The notes below the pieces were generated by a model, which saw nothing but the letters and a program-made list of their open reading frames with translations, did no database searches and was not told the origin of the DNA. A stretch of DNA of 63,985 bases, filler included, from Catajapyx aquilonaris (Eukaryota), in NCBI GenBank assembly GCA_000934665.2. It is 3 parts of 3 records of this genome, joined end to end, with 100 filler letters (N's around TTAATTAATTAA, not from the genome) between each part and the next. Parts side by side here need not be neighbours in the genome. Positions count along the whole stretch, not along the records: positions 42,783 to 63,985 come from KZ539478.1; 2 more parts are not named here. One strand, 5' to 3'. Both the position numbers and the translations under genes were made by a program. Shown in pieces: positions 62,893 to 63,985 of the stretch. Position 1 is the stretch's first letter. The number at the start of each line of letters is the position of its first letter.

Positions 62893-63985
62893 GTTTATGC
62901 GGCCAATGGAAAGGAATGCAATCTTCTCTGCGTTGGTGCGGCGAATATAGTTCCTTTCCTTGTCCACCTCCCTCAGCATTCTGCTGCACCTTATGCAGTC
63001 GTAAGCATCACAGCTATTATTTAATGCGCCAACTCAGAACATGCTTATCCAAATTGGGCAATTTGGCCTGAATTACAGTACGTACCCAGCATTTTGCAAT
63101 CAATTTTTCCTGTATTAGAGTAATGACATTGGCGCTTCTAATCTATTGATGAATATGTCAATAAGATATGTTTTAAAATGCAATGCATTTAAGTATACCG
63201 CCCCCCTGTTATCGGCAGAACACGATTTGCGATTTTAGTTATCCACGGTTTAAAAATATAAAGAAATATTAAATAAAGCCATTCAATTTGCATTGGGCTA
63301 CACGATACGGCATTGTTATACCTTCGCTAATTTGACTGTCAATATATTGGTTTTGTTGGTGTCTAAACATGTACTGTACAGTATAAGACAGTATTAGTAA
63401 ATTAAATTGCAGCATATTGTAGGGACGATAATCCCTATAAGTAAGATCCTCGTGCAAAAACAACAATGAAAATTTTCCTTGTTGTTGTAGTTGTTGTTCA
63501 GAGGACGTTTTTCTGTCAAGCATATCTCAAAACCCGTTGCAAGTACAGCCTTCATATTTTGAACACGTATCCGGCCCGATGGGCTGCAGTGCCCGATCCC
63601 CTACACAAAAAACCCAAGGACGTAATAGAACCCCGAAATAAAATTATAAGTGAATAATTCATTATGAGCAGCAATGCGTGCAACTGGAATCCATGTGTGA
63701 CAATAGTCACACATTATTTAGAATATTATTTTGAGTAAATATCATCTCTACACTTTAAGCGGAATTACGTACGCTAACTGCTTAAATAAATATATGCTTT
63801 ACCTTATTTTCATTACATTATTATTAAATAAACATTTCATTCATTCAGTTTCCACGGTATCCTCCTTAGGTCAACAGTTGAGTGACTCGATTATGACTGT
63901 GTTGTTGCCAAGCATCAAATATTATTGAATTTGTCTTAGATACGATAACTCTATCATGTTCGTATGAATTCCATTCGATCTTCGT

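Noticed and set aside
60585..62950. Several overlapping alternative-frame and antisense ORFs
   Set aside because: Shadows of the ionotropic receptor coding sequence.

Overview
Animal (very likely arthropod) nuclear DNA. The window is three unrelated, size-sorted scaffolds (1-21306, 21407-42682, 42783-63985) joined by artificial 100-bp N44-TTAATTAATTAA-N44 spacers, so no synteny should be read across the joins. Scaffolds 1 and 2 are almost entirely non-coding and rich in transposon relics. These include two tRNA-derived SINEs (one V-SINE), many hairpin MITEs, Kolobok-, Sola1- and PIF/Harbinger-like elements, a complete non-autonomous Helitron and decayed LINE ends. Scaffold 1 also has one candidate 5' coding exon of a transcription factor, possibly rotund/lin-29-like. 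Scaffold 3 is gene-dense and shows local duplication. It holds two SPOP-like BTB genes with divergent MATH-like N-termini and an intact SmD2 gene whose ATG is split by an intron, head-to-head with one BTB gene. It also holds a disrupted cyclin B copy, two duplicated blocks carrying an SmD2 exon fragment, a candidate orphan coiled-coil gene and a Helitron Pif1 helicase remnant. A two-exon divergent ionotropic receptor and a dead tandem copy of its first exon close the scaffold. I found no convincing wholly new biological system. The best leads are the TIR element carrying a tRNA-like cassette, the duplication hotspot, the similar short introns of the cyclin B copy, the orphan gene and the candidate TF exon. 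All family assignments come from motif recognition without database searches.
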